This document shows positions 26,552 through 35,490 of a DNA stretch of 64,000 bases, one piece after another (position 1 is the first letter of the stretch; every line of letters begins with the position of its first letter). Both the position numbers and the translations under genes were made by a program. The notes below the pieces were generated by a model. The model was not told the origin of the DNA and made no database searches. It saw only the letters and a program-made list of their open reading frames with translations. Origin of the DNA: an uncultured Gammaproteobacteria bacterium (GTDB lineage Bacteria; Patescibacteriota; Microgenomatia; UBA8517); contig CAZSXP010000002.1 in NCBI GenBank assembly GCA_964610395.1, positions 10,192 through 74,191 of the forward strand, given 5' to 3'.

Positions 26552-27163
26552 CTAACCTAGTTTTACATTCTTCATAAAATATGTTTTTAAATCACCCCAA
26601 TTAAAATCTACTAACATATTTGGGTCTACATCATTTTCAGCATCATCGAAATAAATTAAGGACTTCTTTATCATTATTTCTCTTTCTTCAAAATTACCAA
26701 ACTTTTGATCATAGAATTTATATAAATTATCTAAACCAAATTTTTGAGCCAAGAAATAAATATCAACCAAATCACGTTTAGTACCTCGAGAGATTACGGT
26801 GTCTAGTTTTATGGCAGCCAAATCTCCAAGCGAGGCTAATTTTATATTTTCAAACGGTATTAAATCTTTTATGAGTGGATATTTATAGTAAAAAAGAGAA
26901 AACTTTATATTATTTATATCACCAATTATTGTTTGCCAATCCTTACTGAAAAGTTCTAAATTATAACTTTTCTCTAATTTTTGAATCCATTGATTTTCAT
27001 TAAACTCATGTTTTGTAAAAAAATCTAAATCTATAGATTTTCTGTGTCCAATTTGTAAAGATATTGCTGTGCCACCAGCTAAATATGTATCCAATGGCAG
27101 ACTATCATTATTAAATGAATTTAATAATTTGTGAGTTTCCTCAAGAATTGTATTAGTATACAT
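26552..27163 (-). CDS. AbiEii/AbiGii-family nucleotidyltransferase toxin
   Basis: LAGGTAISLQIGHRKSIDLDFF motif typical of AbiEii/DUF1814. Confidence 0.6.
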   Translation of the reverse strand: MYTNTILEETHKLLNSFNNDSLPLDTYLAGGTAISLQIGHRKSIDLDFFTKHEFNENQWIQKLEKSYNLELFSKDWQTIIGDINNIKFSLFYYKYPLIKDLIPFENIKLASLGDLAAIKLDTVISRGTKRDLVDIYFLAQKFGLDNLYKFYDQKFGNFEEREIMIKKSLIYFDDAENDVDPNMLVDFNWGDLKTYFMKNVKLG

Positions 27164-27377
27164 TTTGCCAAAAATTTTTAGACTTTAGTGATAATTTAGT
27201 TGTTTTTATTGTGTCTAGTATTATTTTTCTATCAAAATTTTTATTGATCCAATTTATTGCTTTCATATTTCCCATTTCTAATATCCTATTAATAAAATAT
27301 TTACTTTTTTTATTTATATCAGCTTCTTTTGTGTCTATGTCCCAAAAATATTTATGGAGTGATTTTGGTAATATCAT
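27153..27377 (-). CDS. small protein upstream of AbiEii (putative cognate antitoxin/partner)
   Basis: 74 aa with KSLHKYFWDIDTKE...SLKSKNFW, a pattern recurrent in small ORFs preceding AbiEii-like NTases. Overlaps the AbiEii start. Confidence 0.35.
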   Translation of the reverse strand: MILPKSLHKYFWDIDTKEADINKKSKYFINRILEMGNMKAINWINKNFDRKIILDTIKTTKLSLKSKNFWQNVY

Positions 27378-27459
27378 ATTGTCTATATTATACCATTTTT
27401 AGGTTGTGAAAAGAACATTATAGTTGCACCAAAACGTTCACATAGTACTCTTAAAGTAG

Positions 27460-28494
27460 ATGGAACAACATCCAATACCACAACAAATAAGCTCATATCA
27501 ATTTAAATTGGTTGGGGATATGACATTAAAGCAATTTTTTCAAGTTGCAGGTGGTGTAATTGTTTCTTTAATTTTTTATTCCACCTCTTTGCATCCTTTG
27601 ATTAAATGGCCAATTATATTGTTTTCTGCAGGACTGGGCGCAGCTATGGCATTTTTACCTTTTGAAGAAAGACCTCTTGAAAAATGGATCATTGCCTTTT
27701 TTAGAAGTATTTATTCACCAACTTTATTTTCTTGGAAAAAAACAGACAAGCCACCTGTTTTTTACACAGAAAATGCACCAGCACCAGAAGTAAAGCTTGT
27801 TCAAACTGGTCCAACAGTTGAAAAAAATACAGAAAAATTAGAAGCGGCAGAAAAATCATTTTTACAAAAAATTGGGGGATTATTTAACAATAACCAACCA
27901 TCAACAATCAATAATCAAAGCGTAAACAAAACATCAACACCGATTGAACAACAAGTTATACCTACTACTTTTACGACGCATGTATCTTCTGTCCCAGTTA
28001 AAGATCAACAGCCAGCAATTAATAACAATTCTGCCCCTCTTTCTGTGCCTCAACAAATACCAACTGTAATTACTAAATCAGCACCACGTATAGTTGTTGA
28101 AGAATCTACCCCAATATCCCAACAACAGCCTCTAACTACCAAAATTGAGACCCAGAAAATTGAAGAGGAACCAATAACCACAAATTCTGTTGAATTTTCA
28201 GTTGATGCAGCACCACCATCTCCCCCTCTTGGACCAAACACTATTGTTGGTCAAGTAATGGATCAAGACAGAAAAATTATAGAAGGAGCTATACTTGAAA
28301 TTAAAGACTCGTCAAGTAGACCTGTTAGGGCTTTAAAAAGTAATAAAGCAGGACATTTTATAATAGTTACACCACTTTCTAATGGTAAATATGAAGTTAC
28401 TATTGAAAAAGATGGATTTGTGTTTGAACCTGTATCTTTTGAGGCAAAGGGAGAAATGATTCCACCAATAGCAATTAAAGGAACAAAAATATGA
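27460..28494 (+). CDS. PrgI/VirB3-like two-TM N-domain, Pro/Gln/Thr-rich linker, C-terminal carboxypeptidase-regulatory-like beta domain
   Basis: Two N-terminal TM helices (MTLKQFFQVAGGVIVSLIFY...IILFSAGLGAAMAFLPF), low-complexity linker, C-terminal GQVMDQDRKIIEGAILEIKD...GKYEVTIEKDGF. Directly upstream of the VirB4-like genes. Confidence 0.4.
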   Translation: MEQHPIPQQISSYQFKLVGDMTLKQFFQVAGGVIVSLIFYSTSLHPLIKWPIILFSAGLGAAMAFLPFEERPLEKWIIAFFRSIYSPTLFSWKKTDKPPVFYTENAPAPEVKLVQTGPTVEKNTEKLEAAEKSFLQKIGGLFNNNQPSTINNQSVNKTSTPIEQQVIPTTFTTHVSSVPVKDQQPAINNNSAPLSVPQQIPTVITKSAPRIVVEESTPISQQQPLTTKIETQKIEEEPITTNSVEFSVDAAPPSPPLGPNTIVGQVMDQDRKIIEGAILEIKDSSSRPVRALKSNKAGHFIIVTPLSNGKYEVTIEKDGFVFEPVSFEAKGEMIPPIAIKGTKI

Positions 28495-29195
28495 ATGATT
28501 ATAAATTGAAATTCAGCTCCGCTATAAAAATTAAAAATTTTGTATCAAAAATTCCTTACTTTGGTACACCTGATGTTCCTTTAACCTCTACAACACAAAA
28601 CGCTCTTCCAATTGCAGATATTGTTGACGATGTTGTTTTATACAAGGATGGGGGAGCAGCAATTGTCCTTGAAACTTCATCATTAAACTTTGGTCTTCTC
28701 TCTGAAAAAGAACAGGGTGCTGTTGTTGCAGCATATGCTGCGCTTATTAATTCTTTGTCTTTTTCAATTCAAATTATGGTTAAAACACAAAGAAAAGATA
28801 TTACTGGTTATATTAAATTCTTTGACGAAGCAAGCAAAAAAATAACTAATCCAAAACTAGCTGCAATTACTGATGATTACAGACATTTTATAACTGAATC
28901 AATCAAGAAAAAGACTGTTTTAGGGAAAAGATTTTTCATAGTTATTCCTTTTAATCAACTTGAACTTGGCGTAGCAAAGTCAGCCCAATCTATAATTAAA
29001 AGGGGGCCTCTTCCTTTTCCTAAAGATTATGTTGTTAAAAAAGCAAAGGTTACTCTTTTCCCCAAAAGGGATCATCTAATAAGACAGGCGGGTCGACTTG
29101 GTTTAAAATTAAAACAATTAAGTACACAACAATTAATTAATCTCTATTACGAAGTAAATAATCCTGAGCCACCAGCAGTAAAGAAAGACATATGA
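28491..29195 (+). CDS. hypothetical T4SS-associated protein, possibly the split-off N-terminal domain of VirB4
   Basis: Soluble 234 aa overlapping the VirB4-like ATPase start by 4 nt (ATGA). The ATPase ORF is shorter than typical VirB4. Confidence 0.3.
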   Translation: MNDYKLKFSSAIKIKNFVSKIPYFGTPDVPLTSTTQNALPIADIVDDVVLYKDGGAAIVLETSSLNFGLLSEKEQGAVVAAYAALINSLSFSIQIMVKTQRKDITGYIKFFDEASKKITNPKLAAITDDYRHFITESIKKKTVLGKRFFIVIPFNQLELGVAKSAQSIIKRGPLPFPKDYVVKKAKVTLFPKRDHLIRQAGRLGLKLKQLSTQQLINLYYEVNNPEPPAVKKDI

Positions 29196-30976
29196 CAAAC
29201 AATAAACCAATAATTACCAATCCAAACTTGTCTATCTCAAGTGGAGAAATGCTATTACATGATGCTATTGCGTCAGATAACATTGAAATTGATTTTGATT
29301 TTATCAAAGTAAATAATGTTTATTTTAGAACTATCTTTGTAGCAGGATATCCAAGGTTTGTTGCACCTGGATGGTTAGAATCCGTTGTTAATTTCAATTC
29401 ATCTCTTGATATGAGTTTTTATATATATCCAGTTGCAGGAAAATCTGTTCTTGATGATCTCAGACGTAAAATCGCAGAAATGGAGGCAGAACTTTCAACT
29501 GATATTCAAAGGGGTAAGATTGTTGATCCTGTAACCACTGCCAAACTTGAAGACGCGAGATCTCTACAAGAACAACTTGTTAAAGGAATTGAAAGATATT
29601 ATGAATTTTCATTCTACATTACAATCCCAGCCAATTCTTTAGATGAATTAAATAACATCACAAGACAAATACAGTCAACACTTGGCTCACTTTTAATCGT
29701 TGCAAAAAATGCATCGCTTGATCAAAAGGAAGGATTTTTGTCAACTGCTCCATATGGTAGAGACAGCCTTTCAATTACAAGAAACATGGACACAACCTCA
29801 GTGGCTACAACTTTTCCATTTACATCAGCAGAACTTTCTTCAGATACTGGTGTCTTGTATGGAATAAATTCACAAAACGAATCTTTTATTATTTTTGACA
29901 GATTCTCTTTGGAAAATGCAAACTTCACTATATTCGCCACTTCTGGAGCTGGTAAAAGTTACTTTGTTAAAACTGAAGCGGTTAGATCTTTGATGATCGG
30001 CACAGAAGTTATCATCCTAGACCCTGAAGCAGAATATAAAGCCCTTTGTGACGCTGTTGGCGGTCAGTATATATCTTTCTCGTATAATAGCCCTGCAAAA
30101 ATCAATCCATTTGATTTAGCCCAAATTAGAGAAGAAGGGGAGAACCAATTAGGTCTTAAGATTTTATCGCTTCATGCATTAATGAAAGTCATCATGGGAC
30201 AAATTAGCCCAACACAAGAAGCCATGCTTGATAGGGCACTTATCTTAACTTACAAAGCAAAGGGAATTACAAACGACCCAACAACCCAAACAAAAGAACC
30301 ACCTTTAATGGAAGATCTTTATAAAACATTGATTGGAATGGAAGTTCCTGAAGCACTTGATCTTGCGGCTCGTATTGAAAAATTTATCAGAGGTTCTTTC
30401 CAAGGAATATTTGACAAACAAACAAATGTTGACCTTAATAATCCATTTACAGTTTTTTCTGTTAAAGATATTCAGGATGCAATCCGTCCTATTGTCATGT
30501 TTATGATTCTTGACTACATTTGGACAAGGGTTAAAAGAGATATTAAAAGAAGAATATTAATTGTTGAGGAAGCATGGCAAATGATGAAATATCCAGACAC
30601 TGCTCAGTTTTTATGGTCTGTCGTTAAGAGAGCAAGGAAATACTATCTAGGACTTACTACAATCACTCAGGACGTTGAAGACTTCCTAAGTCAAGACATC
30701 GGGAAGGCAATTGTTACAAACTCTGCTTTACGGTTGCTTTTGAAACAATCTCCAACCGCCATAGATAAATTAGGAGAGATATTTTATTTATCGCAAGGGG
30801 AGAAGCAACTTCTAATGGCTGCAAATGTAGGAGAGGGAATTTTCTTTGCAGGACCACACCATGCACCAATTAGGATTGTTGCCTCAGAAAAAGAACATGC
30901 TTTGATTAATACCAAACCACAAGACAATCCAGCACCAACAATGCCAAACACTAAGGCGTGGAATAGACAGGATTAA
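29192..30976 (+). CDS. virB4: VirB4/TrbE/CagE-family type IV secretion ATPase
   Basis: Walker A FATSGAGKSYFVKTEAV, Walker B RILIVEEAWQMM, downstream GLTTITQDVEDF; overall VirB4 C-terminal ATPase-domain layout. Confidence 0.7.
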   Translation: MTNNKPIITNPNLSISSGEMLLHDAIASDNIEIDFDFIKVNNVYFRTIFVAGYPRFVAPGWLESVVNFNSSLDMSFYIYPVAGKSVLDDLRRKIAEMEAELSTDIQRGKIVDPVTTAKLEDARSLQEQLVKGIERYYEFSFYITIPANSLDELNNITRQIQSTLGSLLIVAKNASLDQKEGFLSTAPYGRDSLSITRNMDTTSVATTFPFTSAELSSDTGVLYGINSQNESFIIFDRFSLENANFTIFATSGAGKSYFVKTEAVRSLMIGTEVIILDPEAEYKALCDAVGGQYISFSYNSPAKINPFDLAQIREEGENQLGLKILSLHALMKVIMGQISPTQEAMLDRALILTYKAKGITNDPTTQTKEPPLMEDLYKTLIGMEVPEALDLAARIEKFIRGSFQGIFDKQTNVDLNNPFTVFSVKDIQDAIRPIVMFMILDYIWTRVKRDIKRRILIVEEAWQMMKYPDTAQFLWSVVKRARKYYLGLTTITQDVEDFLSQDIGKAIVTNSALRLLLKQSPTAIDKLGEIFYLSQGEKQLLMAANVGEGIFFAGPHHAPIRIVASEKEHALINTKPQDNPAPTMPNTKAWNRQD

Positions 30977-30978
30977 TT

Positions 30979-33615
30979 ATGAATCTCGATATAATCGTCT
31001 CACTTCAAACGGATTTTGGAAAAATATATGATGAAAATTTCAAGTTAAAAGACAAAACAAGATTAGCTGATTTTAATAAAGAGCTAGAAGAAGTTGGAAT
31101 TTCTTCAAAATTAACACCAAAAGAAATTGAATTAAAACTTCAACAAATCCATGAGTTATTAGAAAAAAAACAAGAACCTCTCACAAAAACAACATTAAAC
31201 AAAGATGAATCTGAACAATTTATAAAAGAAGCAGAACAAAGAGAAGCAAATATAAAAGAAACAAGGGAGGGTCAAACAAAAGCAGTAGAGGATTTTATAA
31301 AAAGAAATCAGGAACAAGTTTCAAAAGCCCAAGCGGTTCAAGAAAAACTAAAAGATAAAGTTGTTTATGCAAAAGTAATTATTCCAGATATACCTCCTTT
31401 AAACGAAACAGAGCAAAAAGATTTAGAAATTTTAAAAGAATTTGCACAAGGAGACGAAGTTACTAGAACAAAATTAATTGATGATTTGGCTACAAAAATA
31501 GAATCCAAATTAGAAAATGTTCCTGAAGAACAAAAAACATTAATCTCAAGAACTGCAGCCGTTGAAATAGTAGAAAAATTGGCAAAACCAGAAGTTGTAA
31601 TTGAAACTCAAGTCCAAACTGCAATTTTAAGAGCTGTTTCAGAAGATAAAACAGGCGTACTTCCGAAAGTTTTAAATCAAGATGATAATTTATTACTTAC
31701 TGCAAAAAGAGGGTCAACCCTTCTTGAATTAGAAAATAGAAATTCTGAATATTTAAGTAAAAATATAGCAAAAAATATTTTTGGGTCTAAACTTACCGCT
31801 TCAATATATGGCACTGAACAAATTCAAATCATTTTAAGTGAAACAAAAATTGAAGGGCAGACTACTCATCAAATTAATTTAGGAGACTTAAACCAAAATC
31901 AAATTCAAGTTTTAAATCATCAAAATGAATTATTAAATTCTGCACAACAATTTGGGGTTAATAAAATTGAAGGATTTTTTACGAATCAATCAAGAGTGTA
32001 TCTTGCAGAAAAAATTGCAAAGTTGCCTGCAGGTAGTGTAGTCAAAAAAACATATTCATCACCAATTACTCAAACAATTTTAGCAAGATATGGATTAGCT
32101 CAGCCGGTGGTCTGGGAAACGGTGGGGCAAACAGGTTTTGTCAAATTAGCAATGCAAATTGCTCCAGATACTGCTGGGCCAATGTTAAGTCTAGCTGGAA
32201 AAGCATTAGGAAAAGAATTTGTAAAACCAGTTGTTGGAAAAGTCGCAACACAAATTGCAGTAAAAACAGGTTTTGGTGCGACAATAACAACAGCACTTTC
32301 AAGTTTAGGTGCGGCGGCTGGACCAGTAGGTCTTGCCATAACAACAGCTATTGTGGCCGCAATTACGGCAGTGGGGAAGATGATTAACTGGCCAAAGATT
32401 AAGCAGTGGTTTATTGATAATAAAGAAGTATTTGTTGGACTAGGAGCTGGTGCAGGTTTATTAATCGGTGGACCAGTTGCAGGTTTAGTTACAGGGGGTT
32501 TACTTATGGCAGCAACAGGAACGCTTGGAGCTTTTGCGATGGGAGCTTTTGGAGTTTTTGGTTTTATAGGTAGATCAATAGGGATTGCAATTGCAACACC
32601 TGTAATTATTACCCTTTTAGTTCTCCCCCCACTTGTTGCTTTTATAATGCTTGTAATAAATAACAGTGCATATGTTGTTCCACCTTTTTCATCATCTTCA
32701 TTGACAGGGGCAGACAATCCTTATTTGTTAGTTACCAAAACGGCAGAGCCTAATAAAATTAGTAACCCAACTTCAAAAACAACAGTGACATACACTGTTT
32801 CAATTAAAGCTCTTAAGGCAGCACTAACAAATATTAAGCTTGTTTCCACAGAATGCACTGTTACTTCAAAAACTAAAACTGCTGTCTGTCCTCCTGAAAA
32901 CATTCCTGAATTACCTGCTGATTTATCAATTTCACCAACTAATCCATACGCTTTTACTTTTACGGTTAATTATAGTTCGTTTTATGCGGATTCATTGGTT
33001 TATGATTCAATTGAGATTAGTGCGGATTCAACAGAAAAAACCGGAATTACAACATCAGGATCAGCAACTCTTTGTATAGGTGATTGTCCTACAGATTGTG
33101 CAAAAGTATCAGATAACGCACAAAAATGGCCAAGTAATTTAAAATCAAATTCTGAAAACGCACTCGGTAAACTTTCTTCAAAATATCAAGGTTTTATGGC
33201 AAAAGTTTGTGCAAAAAATGAAGAGATAAATCTTTGTTATAACCCTCCACAAATTTCTCCTGGCTACTTTGCTTGGCATATCCATAATGCACAGGGTAAT
33301 AAATGTGATATTTATTTTAATGAGAAGGGTTTAAAGAGTGACAAGGATGCATTATTTTTAATAACACATGAATTAACACACCATATACAAAATATTAATA
33401 GTGGAAGCGTTGAACAATATGATAACACAGGTGCTTGGTCTGAAATATCATCAAGAGGTTTTTGTACATATTCCGATACAAAAGGAAGCATAACCGAATC
33501 TATGGCTGAAGCAAACGGTTTATATGCATCAGTTCCTTCTTGGGGTTCGTGTGCGTCAAATTATAAAAATTTATATCCTAAAAACTATATGTTTGCTAAG
33601 AAATTTATGGAATAA
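30979..33615 (+). CDS. large tripartite membrane protein: coiled-coil N-domain, Gly-zipper polytopic core, C-terminal Cys-rich extracellular HExxH (zincin-like) domain
   Basis: Residues 1-420 charged/coiled-coil; about 420-640 GxxxG-rich TM helices; C-terminal FLITHELTHHIQN with downstream E/D. Translationally coupled to virB4. Confidence 0.45.
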   Translation: MNLDIIVSLQTDFGKIYDENFKLKDKTRLADFNKELEEVGISSKLTPKEIELKLQQIHELLEKKQEPLTKTTLNKDESEQFIKEAEQREANIKETREGQTKAVEDFIKRNQEQVSKAQAVQEKLKDKVVYAKVIIPDIPPLNETEQKDLEILKEFAQGDEVTRTKLIDDLATKIESKLENVPEEQKTLISRTAAVEIVEKLAKPEVVIETQVQTAILRAVSEDKTGVLPKVLNQDDNLLLTAKRGSTLLELENRNSEYLSKNIAKNIFGSKLTASIYGTEQIQIILSETKIEGQTTHQINLGDLNQNQIQVLNHQNELLNSAQQFGVNKIEGFFTNQSRVYLAEKIAKLPAGSVVKKTYSSPITQTILARYGLAQPVVWETVGQTGFVKLAMQIAPDTAGPMLSLAGKALGKEFVKPVVGKVATQIAVKTGFGATITTALSSLGAAAGPVGLAITTAIVAAITAVGKMINWPKIKQWFIDNKEVFVGLGAGAGLLIGGPVAGLVTGGLLMAATGTLGAFAMGAFGVFGFIGRSIGIAIATPVIITLLVLPPLVAFIMLVINNSAYVVPPFSSSSLTGADNPYLLVTKTAEPNKISNPTSKTTVTYTVSIKALKAALTNIKLVSTECTVTSKTKTAVCPPENIPELPADLSISPTNPYAFTFTVNYSSFYADSLVYDSIEISADSTEKTGITTSGSATLCIGDCPTDCAKVSDNAQKWPSNLKSNSENALGKLSSKYQGFMAKVCAKNEEINLCYNPPQISPGYFAWHIHNAQGNKCDIYFNEKGLKSDKDALFLITHELTHHIQNINSGSVEQYDNTGAWSEISSRGFCTYSDTKGSITESMAEANGLYASVPSWGSCASNYKNLYPKNYMFAKKFME

Positions 33616-33622
33616 TATAAAA

Positions 33623-34216
33623 ATGAATAAAATAATTGAAATAATTAAAAGTAAAAAAATTACAATTTTAACTATTATTTCTTTATCTTTCTTAATATTT
33701 ATTGTGATAAAAATTAATAACAATAAACAAAATCCGATTGTTCAAGAAATTCCAACATCTACTCCAGTAAATAAAATTGCAGATTTTAATGAAATAATTC
33801 CTGGAAAAACAAGTTTGGAAAGAATTAATGAATTACTAGGTAAACCTTTAAACTCAACTGTTAGTGGTGAATTAAATGTTTCGAGCTATAAATCTACAAA
33901 TCAATATAGAAACCATAAAGTATATTCAAAAGACGGATTAGCTGAGCTTGTGGTAGAAGAAATAATTAATGGAAGTAAAACAGCTAATGATATTACAAAA
34001 ATTTATGGGATTGCTCCTGAAATGTTATACGAAAAAACGTTAAGTAGTGTGTTTAATTTATATATTTACCCCTCTAATGGAATTGCCTACTTAGGACACG
34101 AAGACGGGGGAATACTTGAAATTTGGTATTTTGTGCCAACAAACATTAATGACTTTATTATAAAATGGGGAAGAGATTACTCCAAAGTACCTTCAAAAGA
34201 AATTCCAAAATACTAA
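33623..34216 (+). CDS. hypothetical single-TM protein
   Basis: MNKIIEIIKSKKITILTIISLSFLIFIVI signal-anchor. The track start at 33524 overlaps the upstream gene. Confidence 0.4.
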   Translation: MNKIIEIIKSKKITILTIISLSFLIFIVIKINNNKQNPIVQEIPTSTPVNKIADFNEIIPGKTSLERINELLGKPLNSTVSGELNVSSYKSTNQYRNHKVYSKDGLAELVVEEIINGSKTANDITKIYGIAPEMLYEKTLSSVFNLYIYPSNGIAYLGHEDGGILEIWYFVPTNINDFIIKWGRDYSKVPSKEIPKY

Positions 34217-35334
34217 TTCTGTGTTTTGATTGGCATGATGATGTGAAGGAAATTAGGGGTTTTTGGATCTAGAAATTTTGAAGCTTTATTATTATCTGAA
34301 ATTTGTATTTGGATTTCATCATCTTCCACTGTTTTTAAAAATTCTTCTATAAATCTATAATTAAACATTATGTTTACCGGCGAAGCCGGCCAAGCTTCTC
34401 TTATTTCATTTCTTATTTCTAAACTAGTTTCTTGATTTCCAGAGTTTACACTCTCCGCCTTAACTGTTAATCTGTCACCTATAACCTGTAACTTAATTAT
34501 GTTCCCTGAATCTCTAGCAAAAACTGAGGCAAGTTTAATAGTTTTTTCAAATTCGTTTTTATCTATGTTTATAGTACAAATAGATGATGAAGGTATAATT
34601 TTTTCATAATCTGGGAATTCCCCTTCAATTACTCTAGAAGAAAAAATAGTATCTCCTATACCAAAAATAATTTGATTGTTTTCTTTTTCGTAAAAAAAAG
34701 AAATGTCCTCAGAACTTTCCCCTAATCTAACAATTTCATTTAGAACTGCTCTTGGTATAATAATTTTTAAATCAGGAAGTTTTGTTTCATTTTTTATTTT
34801 TATTTCTGAAAGCCTAAATCCGTCAGTTGCAACAAGATTTAGTGTTGAACCCTTAGAAACAAACAAAACACCAGTTAGAATAGGTCTGGTTTCGTCTGTT
34901 GACACTGAAAACAAGACTTTTGAAAGAGAACTAATAAATTCATTAGTTTTTAAAGTAAAAGACTTTTTATCTATGCTGTTGGGTAATTTTGGAAAGTCTG
35001 ATGAGTTTGCTCCTAATATTTTAGATTTAAAACTACCCGAAGATATTTTTATTTGTTCCTTTACAACTTCTATTTCAAGATTTCCGGAAGAAAGGTTTGA
35101 AATAACATCATTTAGTATTTTCCCATTAACTGTTATTTCTCCATCTATTTCAACTTTAGCCCCAATTGAAGTAGAGACAGATGTTTCAAGATTAGTAGAA
35201 GAAAGTATTAGTTTTGATTTTTTCGCTTGTATTAATATGTTACTTAATATTGGAAGTTGTGCTTTTTGTGAAACAAAGTGAGAAGAAAGGGCTACGGCTT
35301 TTTGTAGATTTTCTTGTAGAACGGTCAATTTCAT
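34213..35334 (-). CDS. dnaN: DNA polymerase III beta sliding clamp DnaN
   Basis: MKLTVLQENLQKAV...PILSNILI... typical DnaN N-terminus and length; adjacent to dnaA. Confidence 0.85.
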   Translation of the reverse strand: MKLTVLQENLQKAVALSSHFVSQKAQLPILSNILIQAKKSKLILSSTNLETSVSTSIGAKVEIDGEITVNGKILNDVISNLSSGNLEIEVVKEQIKISSGSFKSKILGANSSDFPKLPNSIDKKSFTLKTNEFISSLSKVLFSVSTDETRPILTGVLFVSKGSTLNLVATDGFRLSEIKIKNETKLPDLKIIIPRAVLNEIVRLGESSEDISFFYEKENNQIIFGIGDTIFSSRVIEGEFPDYEKIIPSSSICTINIDKNEFEKTIKLASVFARDSGNIIKLQVIGDRLTVKAESVNSGNQETSLEIRNEIREAWPASPVNIMFNYRFIEEFLKTVEDDEIQIQISDNNKASKFLDPKTPNFLHIIMPIKTQN

Positions 35335-35490
35335 AATGTATTAATATCATATTTTAAATAGTAGTACTAGTAGTAGGTGATGAGGATAAGAGGGTAACAG
35401 ATATGGATCAGGCAGGGGATAAACTGTGTATAAATATGTGGATAAACAATAACAAATTGGGGATAAGTTGACAACTTTAAATAATTATCA
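35335..35490. promoter_or_regulatory. oriC candidate: DnaA-box cluster in the dnaA-dnaN intergenic region
   Basis: TGTGGATAA (35436-35444, perfect). Variants GGGGATAAA (35414), GGGGATAAG (35458), GAGGATAAG (35382). AT-rich unwinding-like stretch 35341-35375. Confidence 0.6.

Noticed and set aside
32100-32903. Minus-strand ORFs (205 aa Pro/Ala/Thr-rich, 67 aa, 60 aa) within 30979..33615
   Set aside because: Reverse-strand reading of the Gly/Ala-rich TM region of the 878-aa protein. No independent support.
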